DNA from: Massalongia carnosa
Lineage: Eukaryota
DNA: 64,000 bases
Direction of reading: 5' to 3'
Assembly: GCA_965645245.1 (NCBI GenBank)
Contig: OZ287074.1
Location: 620,001 to 684,000, forward strand
Shown here piece after piece: positions 11,621 through 24,449 of this stretch. The notes below the pieces were generated by a model, which did not search any database, was not told the origin of the DNA, and saw nothing but the letters and a program-made list of their open reading frames with translations. The translations under genes and the position numbers were made by a program. Numbering within the stretch: the stretch's first letter is position 1; every line of letters begins with the position of its first letter.

Positions 11621-12401
11621 ATGCGTTCTTTCAAGCTCCTCCCCGTATTATTTGCCGCTACGACTTACGCCACGCCAGTAGACCTTTTGAGAGTAAGAAC
11701 AGACTGTAACGATCTCTCCGGCGATTGTTCCAGTACCTCAACCGGCACTGACCCAAATGCTCCCTCCAATATGCTGGGTGACTATAGCGTCGGGTTAAAC
11801 CATTTTATCACCGGCTCCAATCCTGACACATCCCTCACCCCCGAGCAATCTGGAAATGATGGATATTTGCAGGTAGGTGGAGTTAAATAGAAGCCAATAT
11901 GCATGTGCATCCTGACAGGTAACTTAGACACCCCCCGTCCCGAACGCCATTGACGAAAACAGTGATTCTTTTTGGAATAAACCGCTCACAGACAAGTCAC
12001 TGAATAATGTCGCACAAGTACCTACTTTGGCTATCGCATCAGCTGTGGATTCACCGACTCTGCCGGACACAATAGTCGCAGATACACCCCAGCCGGAGGA
12101 ACCCTCTGGGCTGCTCACAGGGACTATAGATTCGCCCCCGCGCCCAGCGATTCCGCTCGAGTCCGAAAGCAACCTTGTAGAGGAACCACAAGGATACTGT
12201 AGTGCCCAGTGCTGGATCTGTGGCGTTGACAAACCCGGCCATTGCTTACCTGCTCGAAAAACCACAGTCACGCAAAGCGGGGGGAAGAATGCATACAATC
12301 TTTGCGGTGTCAAGGAGCCTTACAAGGCCCGATGCCTGAAGTATATCCCTTCTCGTGATCCAGATCTAAAGGCCTGGTATGAACCGACGTCTTACAGGTG
12401 A
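11621..12401 (+). CDS. Secreted protein with C-terminal 6-Cys domain (2 exons, ~241 aa)
   Basis: Signal peptide MRSFKLLPVLFAATTYATP; phase-0 intron 11873-11927 (GTAGGT...CTGAC...TTAG) joins to the 12027 ORF frame; YCSAQCWIC...C...YNLC...CLKYIPSRDPDLKAW. Confidence 0.8.
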
Positions 12402-12846
12402 GGGGGCATCAGGGACTTGGGTTACCAACTGTGAATAAGACCCGGAGGCGACGTTGGGGGAAGACTTTATCTTGCCTTTCGTATCCTATGATCTTTGGCA
12501 TCACCTTGTTTTCATGTTGGCAGTCAGCAATCGCAAGTAACGTAAATGGTTAAGGAGAAGACAAAGCAGATGGTCGAGTAGATGGTTGCGTGGAAGCCAA
12601 TTGATGGTGAGATCGAATCATGATATCCATCCATGCCTATATATGATATTTAAGATTTTATGGGGGGGTAAATCCCTATATCCATCTCTCATCTCTCGGA
12701 CGTCATGTTAATTTGTAGTAACAAGTGATTACGCTGTAAGTACCCAAATATAGTTAGCTTGGTTTTGTCAAGCGGGAAAGGCCCGAAACGCATGCAATGA
12801 TGGCTTAAACGGGGTGCGTCCATTTGCTTTCACGACAACCAGAGGG

Positions 12847-14033
12847 ATGGACAAATCAGCCGCCCATGTGTTAAACAGTCTCGTTCCCGGTTTGAACGAA
12901 CCTTTTCCGGCGGAACTGGTTGAGCTCGCTCGTGCTCTTCTTGTCGAGTCGCGCGGCAAGGCGAGCTCGTTGAAGGCGGATGAGGAGATCGCAAGATCCT
13001 ATGCTTGCTCGAATCTTGCATGTGAGAGGTGTGTAGCCTTTGTTGCAGATAATCGGCTCAATAATTGTGCTAACTACCTGCAAGGCTTAAGAAATCCCTC
13101 GCACTGCCAAAAATCCAGCCACGCCCTCCATGTCCGCCCAGAGTTTATCAGAAGCTCTACCGATTCCTTGATGCAACGCTTTTAGCTGGGACGAGACGAA
13201 GCAATCGAGTCCCTGCGCTTAACAAACCCGCGCTGACACCTAAGAAATCACCTCTGAAACCAACGACACCAGTCAAAGTCACTCTCAAGCAGGGAACACT
13301 TCGAAACCGAGCGCCGCGCCAGATAGAGACCGTGGCTGAGGTACCGGAATGGGTAATGCCTGCTGTTCGCCTCTTATGTCAGAAGCTAGGTGCACCTGCA
13401 GCTCCTCACCATATTTTTGCCGGCGTTTCATCAATCCTAACTCTTTCATCCTATGAGTCAAATAACAAGGAGAAGTCGGCAGACTCCTTGAAAAACATCC
13501 CGGCACTCATCATGGTTGTTCTTCTCACTGTTTATATTCGATTGGCAGCCGTGGAGATTACTGCAGACGAATGTTCAAAGCTGAAAAAGGCTGGATTCGC
13601 AATATTGCAAGACTACTTAGGACAAGAAATGGCGCAGCAGGACATCAATGATGCTGATTTCGGTAACCTAATTTTGAAGACTAAGGAGAGCGGCTGGAGG
13701 GAAATGGATTGGTTCGAAAATATAATACCCGGAGCGGGCTTGAGCCTTGGAAGTGCGGCAGAAGAAGCTAATGAGGAGGGTTCAAAAAATGAAGAAATTA
13801 TGCTAGAAGAGGATCTATTGAGTTTTCATAATAAAACCAGCCCTTCTAAGGGCTTTCTCCAAGCGGGCTTGGGCACAATGGTAATTGCATGCCGCATGAG
13901 TTCAATATGTTCTAAAGCGTGTTAGATGCAAGATAAAGTCGACTACCTGAGCGAGACGCGGCGGCTTCGTTACCAAGCTTGGGAGAAGGGTATCCTCATT
14001 AAAATTAGGTCCTTGGAGCAGGTCGAACATTAG
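12847..14033 (+). CDS. ORC6: Origin recognition complex subunit 6 (3 exons)
   Basis: SLKADEEIARSYACSNLACER|LKKSLALPKIQPRPPCPPRVYQKLY and C-terminal GLGTM|MQDKVDYLSE...YQAW; introns 13029-13084 and about 13881-13925. Confidence 0.9.
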
Positions 14034-15834
14034 AACCTCAGAGTCAAATGAAGGCGCTCATACTCGGCCTAAAACCTCTGTTTAATTCAGAAGGGCGCCA
14101 CTTACGCAGAGGTCGAGTTAATAGGCCCACGTGACGCAGCGCGTTCCACCGAAAATATCCCTCCTAAGTTTGAAATGGTTACTACGCATACCTTAGGAGC
14201 CCTCGAGGACCCCATTTCGCATGCCTTGCGTGCAGAATGCGGAGATTTAGTCTTGGTCCTCTAGGAGCATATTTATACATGTAAGCCACCCGCCAAGGTG
14301 AGGTGGAAGAGGTATGCATTCTCTTGATATATTGAAATCTTAATGCTTGGAAAAGCGGAACGAGCTGTTCGTGACAGTATTTCAAGGAACTGAAAGAAAT
14401 GACCGAGAACGCAGCACTGAGCTGCTGGTCCTGGAGAACATGGTCACTCATCGCTGTCATCTACGTTGATGTCTTGACGAAGAATTCCCACTCTTGCATC
14501 GCAGAAACCTCAGGGGCCTAAGTTCTTCCTCTTTTCTTTCCAAATTTGTTCGAGACAACTTCTCATCTGTGGCGTTTTCCTTGAAGCTGCAAGTACTTCA
14601 CCCCTCACTACTCATATAATTCTGCTCCACGTCTAGCCGAATAACTCTCGCAAGTATTTTGTTTGAGGGATAAAAAGCTGTTATTGTCTTAAGAGCCTGT
14701 TTTATTTGTCTAGGCAACTCACCGGCCATTGTTTATGCATGAATTGATAGGGCCGCACGGTTTGCTCAATTCGCCTATGACATTCATGACAGTGAACTGA
14801 ATGGATTTGCTAAATTGTTACTTTTTGAGGATAATGACGACTTCGAGGACAAGGAAAACCTATGCTTTATAGTTCAGTGCCAATTGCGCTTTCATTCCAG
14901 CAAAGAAATCACTTAAAGGGGGCTGAGAGTAACATTGCGCTTTAATGTTCTTTGCCTCATGATTTTGTTGCTCAATCTAACATATGGGTGCCTTACACAC
15001 TAGAGCATCGTGTGTATGGATACCCTCTCTTGAATAGGATGGGATCCTTTCAGAGATACGGACCAAGCTTGGAGGATGGGCTTCCTCCTGCGACCGCCAA
15101 TTATTCCGTCAAAGAATGCATTGCTCTCTTGATACAATTTTATTCTAAGTGATAAAACCTCATAAGAACTAGAAAGATCCAGCGGTTTCTTCGCATTGGG
15201 GACTTGCGGTTAGATCAAACCAAATCTAATTATATCGGTGAATTGAATTGAGCTACAGATCTTATACTACGCCAAACCAGATTAAAGATCTAATGAGATA
15301 CTAGGAGGTTAAATGGGAGGTCACCTGAGAGGTCCGATTAAGGATTAGAGGAAAAAAGAAGAAATCGTTGGCTCGATAGTACAAAGTAGACCTTTTGGAG
15401 GCTAGCTTAGTCAGGTGACGCACGGGTGGCTTCCGTTACTTTTTTTTTAAACATCTGGGCATCGCCTCTATAGTTTTATTTTCATCCATACATAGTCTTA
15501 AAGTCTTGCTTGTATAGTTTGCTTGATTTCAATCTACCTATTTGAATTCTCTTTGACTTTCATATGAATGGAGGAATCTTTTGCTCTTTCGTCGCACTGT
15601 TCAATGACCGCACATGAGCTCTCAAGTTGAAAACAGAATTGGAAGACTTCACCTCTGACAGTGGATGACCCTGACCTGACGCACATTTGTATCCTGCTCT
15701 ACACTACAGCATAAATTTTCAATCAAGTATCTTTGACTGCAGTCACCCGCATTGATATAATCATATGTTAATTTTTCATATGTTGCTTTCCTGGCTTCGG
15801 TGAAAAACTGTCTCTTGTCAATTAGCAAGCCATC

Positions 15835-18800
15835 ATGCCTACATTTTTGCTACCAAAAGATGATCAATCGGCTAAAATCCTTTCATCTTCTTTGCCGATT
15901 CAGAATGGTGTTTCTCACACGCTCGCTCAGGAAATTACGGTTGCTGCAGCAGCAGGTGGAATGCCTGACGGAGAATTTGTTGACATGAGACGATCTTCCA
16001 TAGTAGCCCATGATGGGCAAAGAGGTACTTTGCAGCGCGTGCTGTCTTCGGGATCTGTGCGGCTAGGAGCGGAGACGGAGGAGAGGAAGATGTATCTGGA
16101 GCTAGAAGATGGTACAGCCTACCAAGGATACAATTTCGGCGCCGAGAAGAGCATTGCGGGTGAATTGGTCTTTCAGACTGGAATGGTGGGTTATCCGGAG
16201 TTCATCACTGATCCATCATACCGAGGACAAATCCTAGTGATCACATTTCCTCTCGTCGGAAATTATGGAGTTCCTTCGCGAATCATCATGGATGAGATTC
16301 TTCAGGGTTTCCCTGCGTACTTCGAGGCTTCTCAAATCCATATTGCCGGGCTTGTGGTTGCATCTTACTCCGGGGAAGATTTCTCTCATTTCTTGGCCGA
16401 TTCATCCCTGTCAACCTGGCTACGGGAGCAAGACATTCCTGCAATGCATGGTGTAGACACCCGTGCATTGACAAAACGAATTCGGGAGGAAGGCAGCATG
16501 CTTGGTAGAATGCTTATTGAGACTGTCGATAACAGCAATAGGGTTGCTGGAAATCACATTTCTCTAAATGCATCGTCTTCCTCGCCGTCTCCCCAAGATT
16601 GGAGAACACATGCCAAGCCTATCGACTGGCTCAATCCCAATGCCATTAATCTTGTGGCAGAAGGTGGGTTTATCCGACCAAAATAATAGAGTTTAGCTTA
16701 TTTAATGTTATCAGTCTCGATCCGCGAGCCACGACTCCATAAACCAAGTGAGAGCAATATTTTAAAACATTTTTCTGGAAAAGCCATTCGAATACTTTGC
16801 GTCGATGTTGGGCTAAAAGCAAATCAGCTCAGATGCTTGGTCTCCAGGGGATTGGAGGTACTGGTAGTTCCTTGGGATTACAATTTTCCTAGGCTTGTTG
16901 GTAAGGAATACGATGGATTATTCATATCAAATGGTCCAGGAGATCCCGCAATTCTTACTTCAACTGTACAGCATATCTCCACCGCACTTGACGAGGGTAG
17001 AACACCAATATTTGCTATCTGCTTGGGCCATCAGCTTCTGGCGCGTGCTGCTGGAGCGCAGACTACGAAGATGAAGTTCGGTAATCGCGGTCATAATATT
17101 CCATGTACCCATTCTATATCTGGGAAGTGCTACATTACCTCACAAAATCATGGTTATGCTGTTGATACTAAAACCCTTCCGGCTGGATGGGAAGAGCTTT
17201 TCATCAATGCTAACGATGGTAGTAATGAGGGAATCAGACATACCAGTCGGCCCTACTTCAGCGTCCAATTTCACCCAGAAAGCACACCCGGACCCCGTGA
17301 CACCGAGTTTCTTTTCGATGTCTTTGTAGATGCTGTCAAAAAAAGTCTGATCTCTGGAAATGGGCTTTCGCAGCCCGTAGCATTTCCTGGCGGGATAGCC
17401 AAAGACAACGAAATCCTGTATCCTCGTATTGATGTCAAGAAAGTCTTATTGCTTGGAAGTGGAGGGCTAAGCATTGGGCAGGCAGGAGAGTTCGATTACT
17501 CTGGAAGTCAAGCTATCAAAGCATTGAAGCAAGAAGGTATCTACACCATACTAATCAACCCGAATATCGCTACGATTCAAACCTCAAAAGGGCTAGCTGA
17601 CAAGGTTTACTTCTTGGCCGTGACTTCCGACACCGTCCGCAAAGTAATCCAGCACGAACGCCCTGACGCAATTTACGTGACATTTGGGGGCCAAACTGCG
17701 TTACAGGTCGGTATTGAAATGAAAGACGAGTTTGCAAAATTAGGAGTCCGGGTACTGGGTACTCAGATTGACACTATTATCACCACCGAGGATCGAGAAC
17801 TGTTCGCTCGCAGCATGGAGTCCATTGGGGAGAAATGTGCGAGATCGGCATCTGCAAGTTCAGTCCAGGAAGCCTCTCAGGCTGTCAAAGACATTGGCTA
17901 TCCAGTAATTGTTCGAGCCGCTTATGCTTTGGGAGGCCTAGGAAGCGGGTTCGCGGAGGATGAGCAGCAGCTATTAGAACTTTGCGACAAGGCTTTTGCT
18001 GTCAGTCCACAGGTTTTAATCGAGCGTAGCATGAAAGGCTGGAAAGAAATTGAATATGAAGTGGTTCGTGATGCGAGGGACAATTGTATCACGGTCTGCA
18101 ACATGGAGAACTTTGATCCCCTCGGAATCCACACAGGAGACTCAATTGTAGTTGCTCCTTCTCAAACTCTTTCCGACGAAGATTATAACATGCTACGAAC
18201 GACAGCTGTGAATGTCATTCGCCATCTTGGTGTCATTGGCGAATGCAACATACAATACGCATTGAACCCGTTTTCGCGCGAGTATTGTATTATCGAAGTC
18301 AACGCGCGACTATCCAGATCTTCCGCCTTAGCTTCCAAAGCAACGGGTTATCCCTTAGCTTTTGTCGCAGCAAAGCTGGGACTAGGGATTCCGCTGAACG
18401 AGATCTCGAATTCTGTGACAAAAGTCACATGTGCTTGTTTTGAGCCGTCTCTAGACTATGTTGTTGTCAAGATACCAAGATGGGACCTCAAAAAGTTCAC
18501 CCGCGTCTCTACAGAGTTAAACTCGTCTATGAAGAGCGTGGGAGAGGTAATGAGTATTGGGAGAACGTTTGAAGAGGCCATACAAAAGGCTATACGGTCC
18601 ATAGACTTCCACAACCTTGGATTCAACGATACCAGTGCGCTGATGTCTATTGATAACGAACTTCAAACCCCCTCAGACCAACGACTCTTCGCTATCGCTA
18701 ACGCCATGCATGCTGGATACACTGTTGATAAGATCTGGGAGATGACTAAAATTGATAAGTGGTTCCTGAGAAAGCTGGAAGGGCTCAGCAACTTCGGAAA

Positions 18801-21800
18801 ACAAATGGGCTCTTTCACAGCTACAAGCGTTCCTCGGAGCCTTTTCCGTCAAGCGAAGCAGATGGGTTTCTCCGATAGACAGCTCGCTAGGTTTTGGAGC
18901 TCCAACGAATTGGCTGTTCGTCGGTTAAGAGTGGAGGCGGGTATAACGCCTGTTGTCAAACAAATTGATACAGTGGCTGCCGAATTTCCAGCTTTCACCA
19001 ATTATCTCTACCTTACGTATAACGGATCTGAACACGATGTAAGTTTTGACGATCACGGCGTCATGGTTCTTGGGTCTGGAGTATATCGTATTGGATCCTC
19101 AGTCGAATTTGACTGGTGCTCAGTCACGGCAATACGTACATTGAGGGATCAAGGCTTCAAGACTGTGATGGTAAATTACAACCCAGAGACTGTAAGCACC
19201 GATTATGACGAGGCGGATCGCCTCTATTTCGAAACCATCAACCTCGAGGCAGTGCTGGACATTTATCAGCTAGAGTCTTCGAGTGGCGTCATCATATCTA
19301 TGGGAGGCCAAACTCCAAACAACATTGCTCTGCCTCTTCATCGGCTCAATGTTAAAGTGCTCGGGACATCACCAGAGATGATTGATATGGCAGAGAACCG
19401 GTATAAGTTCTCTCGCATGCTTGACCGTATTCTTGTGGACCAGCCAGCTTGGAAAGAATTGACTAGTATCGAAGAAGCAACAGAGTTTTGCGGAAAGGTG
19501 ACTTATCCTGTTCTTGTTAGGCCTTCATATGTACTCTCTGGTGCCGCTATGAATACCGTCTACTCCCAGGACGATCTTGCAAGCTATCTGAAGCAGGCCG
19601 TCGAGGTGTCTAGGGATCACCCGGTAGTAATCACCAAATACATAGAAAACGCAAAAGAAATCGAGATGGATGCAGTTGCCCGGGACGGCACAATGGTAGG
19701 CCACTTTATTTCAGAACATGTAGAAAACGCTGGCGTGCACTCGGGCGATGCTACTCTTATACTACCGCCACAAGATCTAGAGCCGGAAACAGTAAGGAGA
19801 ATCGAAGACGCCACTCGGAAGATTGGCGCTGCATTGAACGTTTCCGGGCCTTTCAATATACAATTTATTGCAAAAGACAATGAGATAAAAGTGATTGAGT
19901 GCAACGTCCGAGCCTCCAGATCCTTTCCTTTCGTGTCCAAGGTCATGGGATTGAATTTGATAGAGTTAGCCACGAAAGCTATAATGGGCGTTCCTCTTGT
20001 TGAGTATGCTCCAACCGATATACCGAAAGATTATGTAGGTGTAAAAGTACCTCAATTTTCATTTTCGAGGCTTTCGGGTGCAGACCCAGTTCTTGGGGTG
20101 GAGATGGCGTCAACAGGGGAAGTTGCTTGCTTTGGGCGAGACAAGTACGAGGCGTATATCAAGGCCCTCATTTCCACCGGTTTTCGACTACCAAAGAAAA
20201 AAATCTTGCTCTCTATAGGGTCTTACAAAGACAAACTGGAACTTCTGCCCTCGATCAAGAAGCTACATCGACTAGGATATAATCTCTTCGCCACTGCTGG
20301 GACAGCCGATTATTTGCGAGAACACGACATACCCGTTCAGTATCTAGAGATATTGTCCAGTGAGCAGGAGAACCAAAAGTCTGAATACTCTCTGACACAG
20401 CACCTGGCCAACAATCTCATTGATTTATATATCAACCTGCCGTCCAACAATCGATTCCGGCGGCCAGCCAACTATGTCAGTCAAGGGTATAGAACCCGAA
20501 GGATGGCGGTAGATTACCAAACCCCATTAGTGACCAATGTCAAAAACGCCAAGATCCTGATCGAGGCAATTGCCAGACATTACGACCTAGAGATATTAAG
20601 TATCGACTATCAAACGGGTCATCAGACTATAACCTTGCCTGGCCTGATAAATGTTTCAGCCTTTGTACCAGGTCTATTAGTTGTTGGAAACGAGGATTTC
20701 CACCAAGTGACCAAGGCCTCGATTGGTGCAGGCTTCAGCATGATCCGAATCATGCCTTTGGGACTAGATGGGTCTATAATAGATGCGAGGTCACTCAAAA
20801 TAGCCCAGAGAAATAGCCGCCTTGGAGCGTATTGTGACTTCAATTTTTCTGTCGCTGCGACCTCAACAAACGCAGATCAAGTCAGCCAGGTTGTTGGCGA
20901 GCTTGGTTCTCTCTTCATTCCTTTCAATCAACTCTCTGGCAATATCAGCAAGGTTGCTGCAATCACCTCTCATTTTGCTGTATGGCCCCTAAATAAGACT
21001 ATAATCACCGATGCTACGACGACTGATCTTGCTTCGGTTCTTTTGCTCGCAAGTCTTCACAATCGAAAACTCCATGTGACTTGCATTATCAGGGAGGAAG
21101 ATATCAAACTTATTGCGCTGAGTAAATCCAAAGGCTTAAAAGTAACTTGCGATGTATCAGTCTATTCGCTTTTTCTTTCTCAGAATGACTATTCCAAGTG
21201 TTCTTTCTTACCAACGTTGAAAGATCAAAGGGCACTTTGGGACCACATGAATATCATTGATATTTTCTCAGTTGGTAGCTTGCCGTATCAAATCGCGCTC
21301 GCGCTCGACAAGGACACATTCCCAGCGGTTGGAATTGCTGACACCCTTCCTCTTCTACTCACTGCTGTGTCCGATGGAAAATTAACCCTAGACGACATCA
21401 AATCCAAACTTCATGACAACCCTAAAGAAATTTTCGAGCTCCATGAGCAGACGGGGACGTCAGTCGAGATTGAACTTGATAGACCCTATATATTGCAAGC
21501 TTCATCTACCTGGTCACCTTTCGTCGGCAAGCCCATGGGGGGATCCGTTCAGAGGGTTGTCTTTCAAGAAAAAGTAGCCTGTCTTGATGGCGGATTAATG
21601 GCGGATGCAGTGCAAGGAAAAGACATGTCAGGACATTCAATCGCAGCTCAGCCTCCAGCGCCCAAAGATAAACTATCTCCGATCCTTTCCCCAAGGTCAG
21701 ACAATGGGCAAAGCCGTCAGCAATCACTGCTCTCGTCACGCCTAGTCAACGGGCTACGTGAACTCGAGGGCCATATCATTCATCCTCCGAACGCGACGAT

Positions 21801-22902
21801 TCCTGGCATAGCCGACGCCTCAGGATCTTCATTGCATCATCCAATGCCGTCAATGTCCCTTTCTCTACCCGATCTTCTTAGTCGCTCGCCATTCAAGCAG
21901 AGACACATCATTTCCGTTACCCAGTTCAGTCGACAAGATCTACATCTACTCTTTACGGTAGCCCAAGAAATGCGCCTTGGGGTACAACGACAAGGCGTCC
22001 TCGACATTTTAAAGGGACGTCTTCTATGCACAATGTTCTACGAACCCTCAACTCGCACCTCCGCATCCTTCGATGCAGCCATGCAACGGCTCGGTGGCCG
22101 AACCGTCGCAATTGCTACCTCCCTCTCCAGCACGCAAAAGGGTGAAACCTTGCAAGACACAATCCGCACTCTGGCCTGCTACGGCGACGCCATTGTGCTT
22201 CGGCACCCCAGCGAATCTAGCGCTGCCGTCGCCGCCAAGTTCTCTCCTGTGCCCATCATAAATGGCGGCAACGGTAGCGTCGAACATCCCACCCAGGCTT
22301 TCCTAGACCTTTACACTATCCGAGAGGAGCTTGGTACTGTAACTGGCCTCACCATTACGTTCACTGGCGACCTCCGCTACGGTCGTACCGTGCACTCGCT
22401 CGTCAAACTCCTGCAGCACTACGACGTGCAGATCCAGCTCGTCTCCCCCTCCTCTCTGCGCCTCCCCGCAGAAGTGCGTCAATCTCTCCTCGCCTCTGGT
22501 CAGTTGGCGCTGGAGACCCATGAATTGACGCCCGAAGTGATTGCGCGGAGCGACGTGCTGTATTGCACGCGCGTACAGATGGAGCGGTTTGAGGATCTGG
22601 CCGAGTACGATCGACTAAAAGATAGCCTTGTGGTAGACAATTCTGTGCTCAAACACGCAAAAACCCACATGATTGTCATGCATCCTCTGCCAAGGAATCA
22701 CGAGGTGGGGGAGGAAGTAGATTTCGATCAGCGTGCCGCGTATTTCCGACAGGTATGTGGCATTATTTCTTAGTTTGATTCTCAGCAGTATGGGAGCCAA
22801 TGGTTTGGATGGTAGCGGATTGCTGACCTCGTGGGTGCGGAGTAGATGCGTTATGGGCTTTATTGCCGAATGGCACTTCTCGCCTTGGTGATGGCACCCT
22901 GA
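15835..22902 (+). CDS. URA2: Multifunctional pyrimidine enzyme: glutamine amidotransferase + carbamoyl-phosphate synthetase + pseudo-dihydroorotase + aspartate transcarbamylase (pyrABCN)
   Basis: [34 protein letters not shown], two ATP-grasp halves, [19 protein letters not shown]; introns 16664-16714 and 22753-22845; last exon [18 protein letters not shown]. Start codon less certain. Confidence 0.96.
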
Positions 22903-24449
22903 AATGCTCTCTGTTGCTCTGCAACTCGGATTCTGCGGCCTGGTTTAGAGAGAAACGAGAAGATAAGTAAGCAAGGTGATGCTTAAAAAATGACGAAAAG
23001 TGTTGTATTCTTTGTTCATTCTATATTTACTTGTTTCCGTCTCACCAAGCCTTTTCTATGCAGAGAGAAATCTATCGCGAGATGTTTGCATGAACCCCAC
23101 AGCCCTCCGCTTTCCCTTCCTACCTCGTGAAGCCAACGAAAACAAAGGGTTTGCGTTTTCTCGAAGCCCTCACATCGAGAACACCGACCGAGCTGGTGTA
23201 GCTCCAAAGCCCCTTTTTCTGCCACCAATCCCCTTTGGCTTCTGCCACACTCTTTTCTTCCTACCCTCGGAAGACCTCGTAATCAAAGGAACTCTTATAT
23301 GACACGCACAGGTCGAGCATACCCGCCGAGTGAGGGGGTAGTTCTTGGATTTGCGGAGAGTTGATTTCTCTAGAATAGAAACAATAGAAATTCAATCATG
23401 CCTCACTCAACGCATTTCTTGGTTCACCTTCAGACCCCATTCCAAGTGAATACCCATTCCCTTTCGCATAAACAAAGTCCCATCCAGATACTCAGTGGTG
23501 AATAGCAGTTGAAAAAGGTAAGCAAGTGATAATTGCTGCTTCTATGATTACGCGATCAGTCTAACCATATTAACTAAAGCAAACTAATTAGCTAGCTAGT
23601 AGCGGCGGCCGTAACCACTCACGTGCTACTTGAAGCTTGACGACAGATCCTCAACTTCTACCGCAACGGACGACTTGCCCCACCGACTTCCCCTACCTCT
23701 ACCTACCTACAGGTACCTACTTTAGCACCGCTCACGAGTTAATCCATCATTCCTTCCACGAGTGAAGCCTCTCCCGGTATGTTACATGGAGGAGCTACAT
23801 AGCTAGAACACGTCGCTTCGTGCCGTTTTTGGCGAACGCAGGGCCGCAGGCATGCTGGGAATAGCAAGGTTCTCCGAAGGCTGAGGCCGTTCGTTCACTC
23901 GCTCGTTTCCTTGCCGGACCTACTTACGTACCTTGTACCCTGTCCACGCCCGTTGTCAAAGGCGCGACGCTATTGTATTCGCGGGAGCAGTTCATGGATA
24001 GGGTAGGTGGTGGATTTATGAACCGAATGAATCGTTGTTACGTGGTGCTTTCCGCTCTGTTTAGCCTTGAACAATATCTTTCAGGCCCTGCCGAAACATA
24101 GTTAACATGGTTAACATACTCACTCGCAACCACCGAACGCCGACCCACCAGCCCTGCCGCATCTCCTAATGTTAGCAGAGGCAGGGCAAATTCTCGGTTG
24201 GTATTGGCGAAAATCTCGAAAGTGGAGCTTTTAGGCGTCAAGACGAGTTGTCACCATGGCGGAAGGTGTTCACGAGAAAATTGGCGGTTTTACAATGAAT
24301 TCGTGTCCTTCCTTCATATTTTGGCGTGTAGAGGCTGAAGAATTGCTTGTAAGCTTCTCTCTTTACTACCATAAATCATAGAATAATGAAAAACTAGCGA
24401 TATATCTAAGACTTCTTTTCCTACGGTCTAGTCATCTCTCGTACCCATT

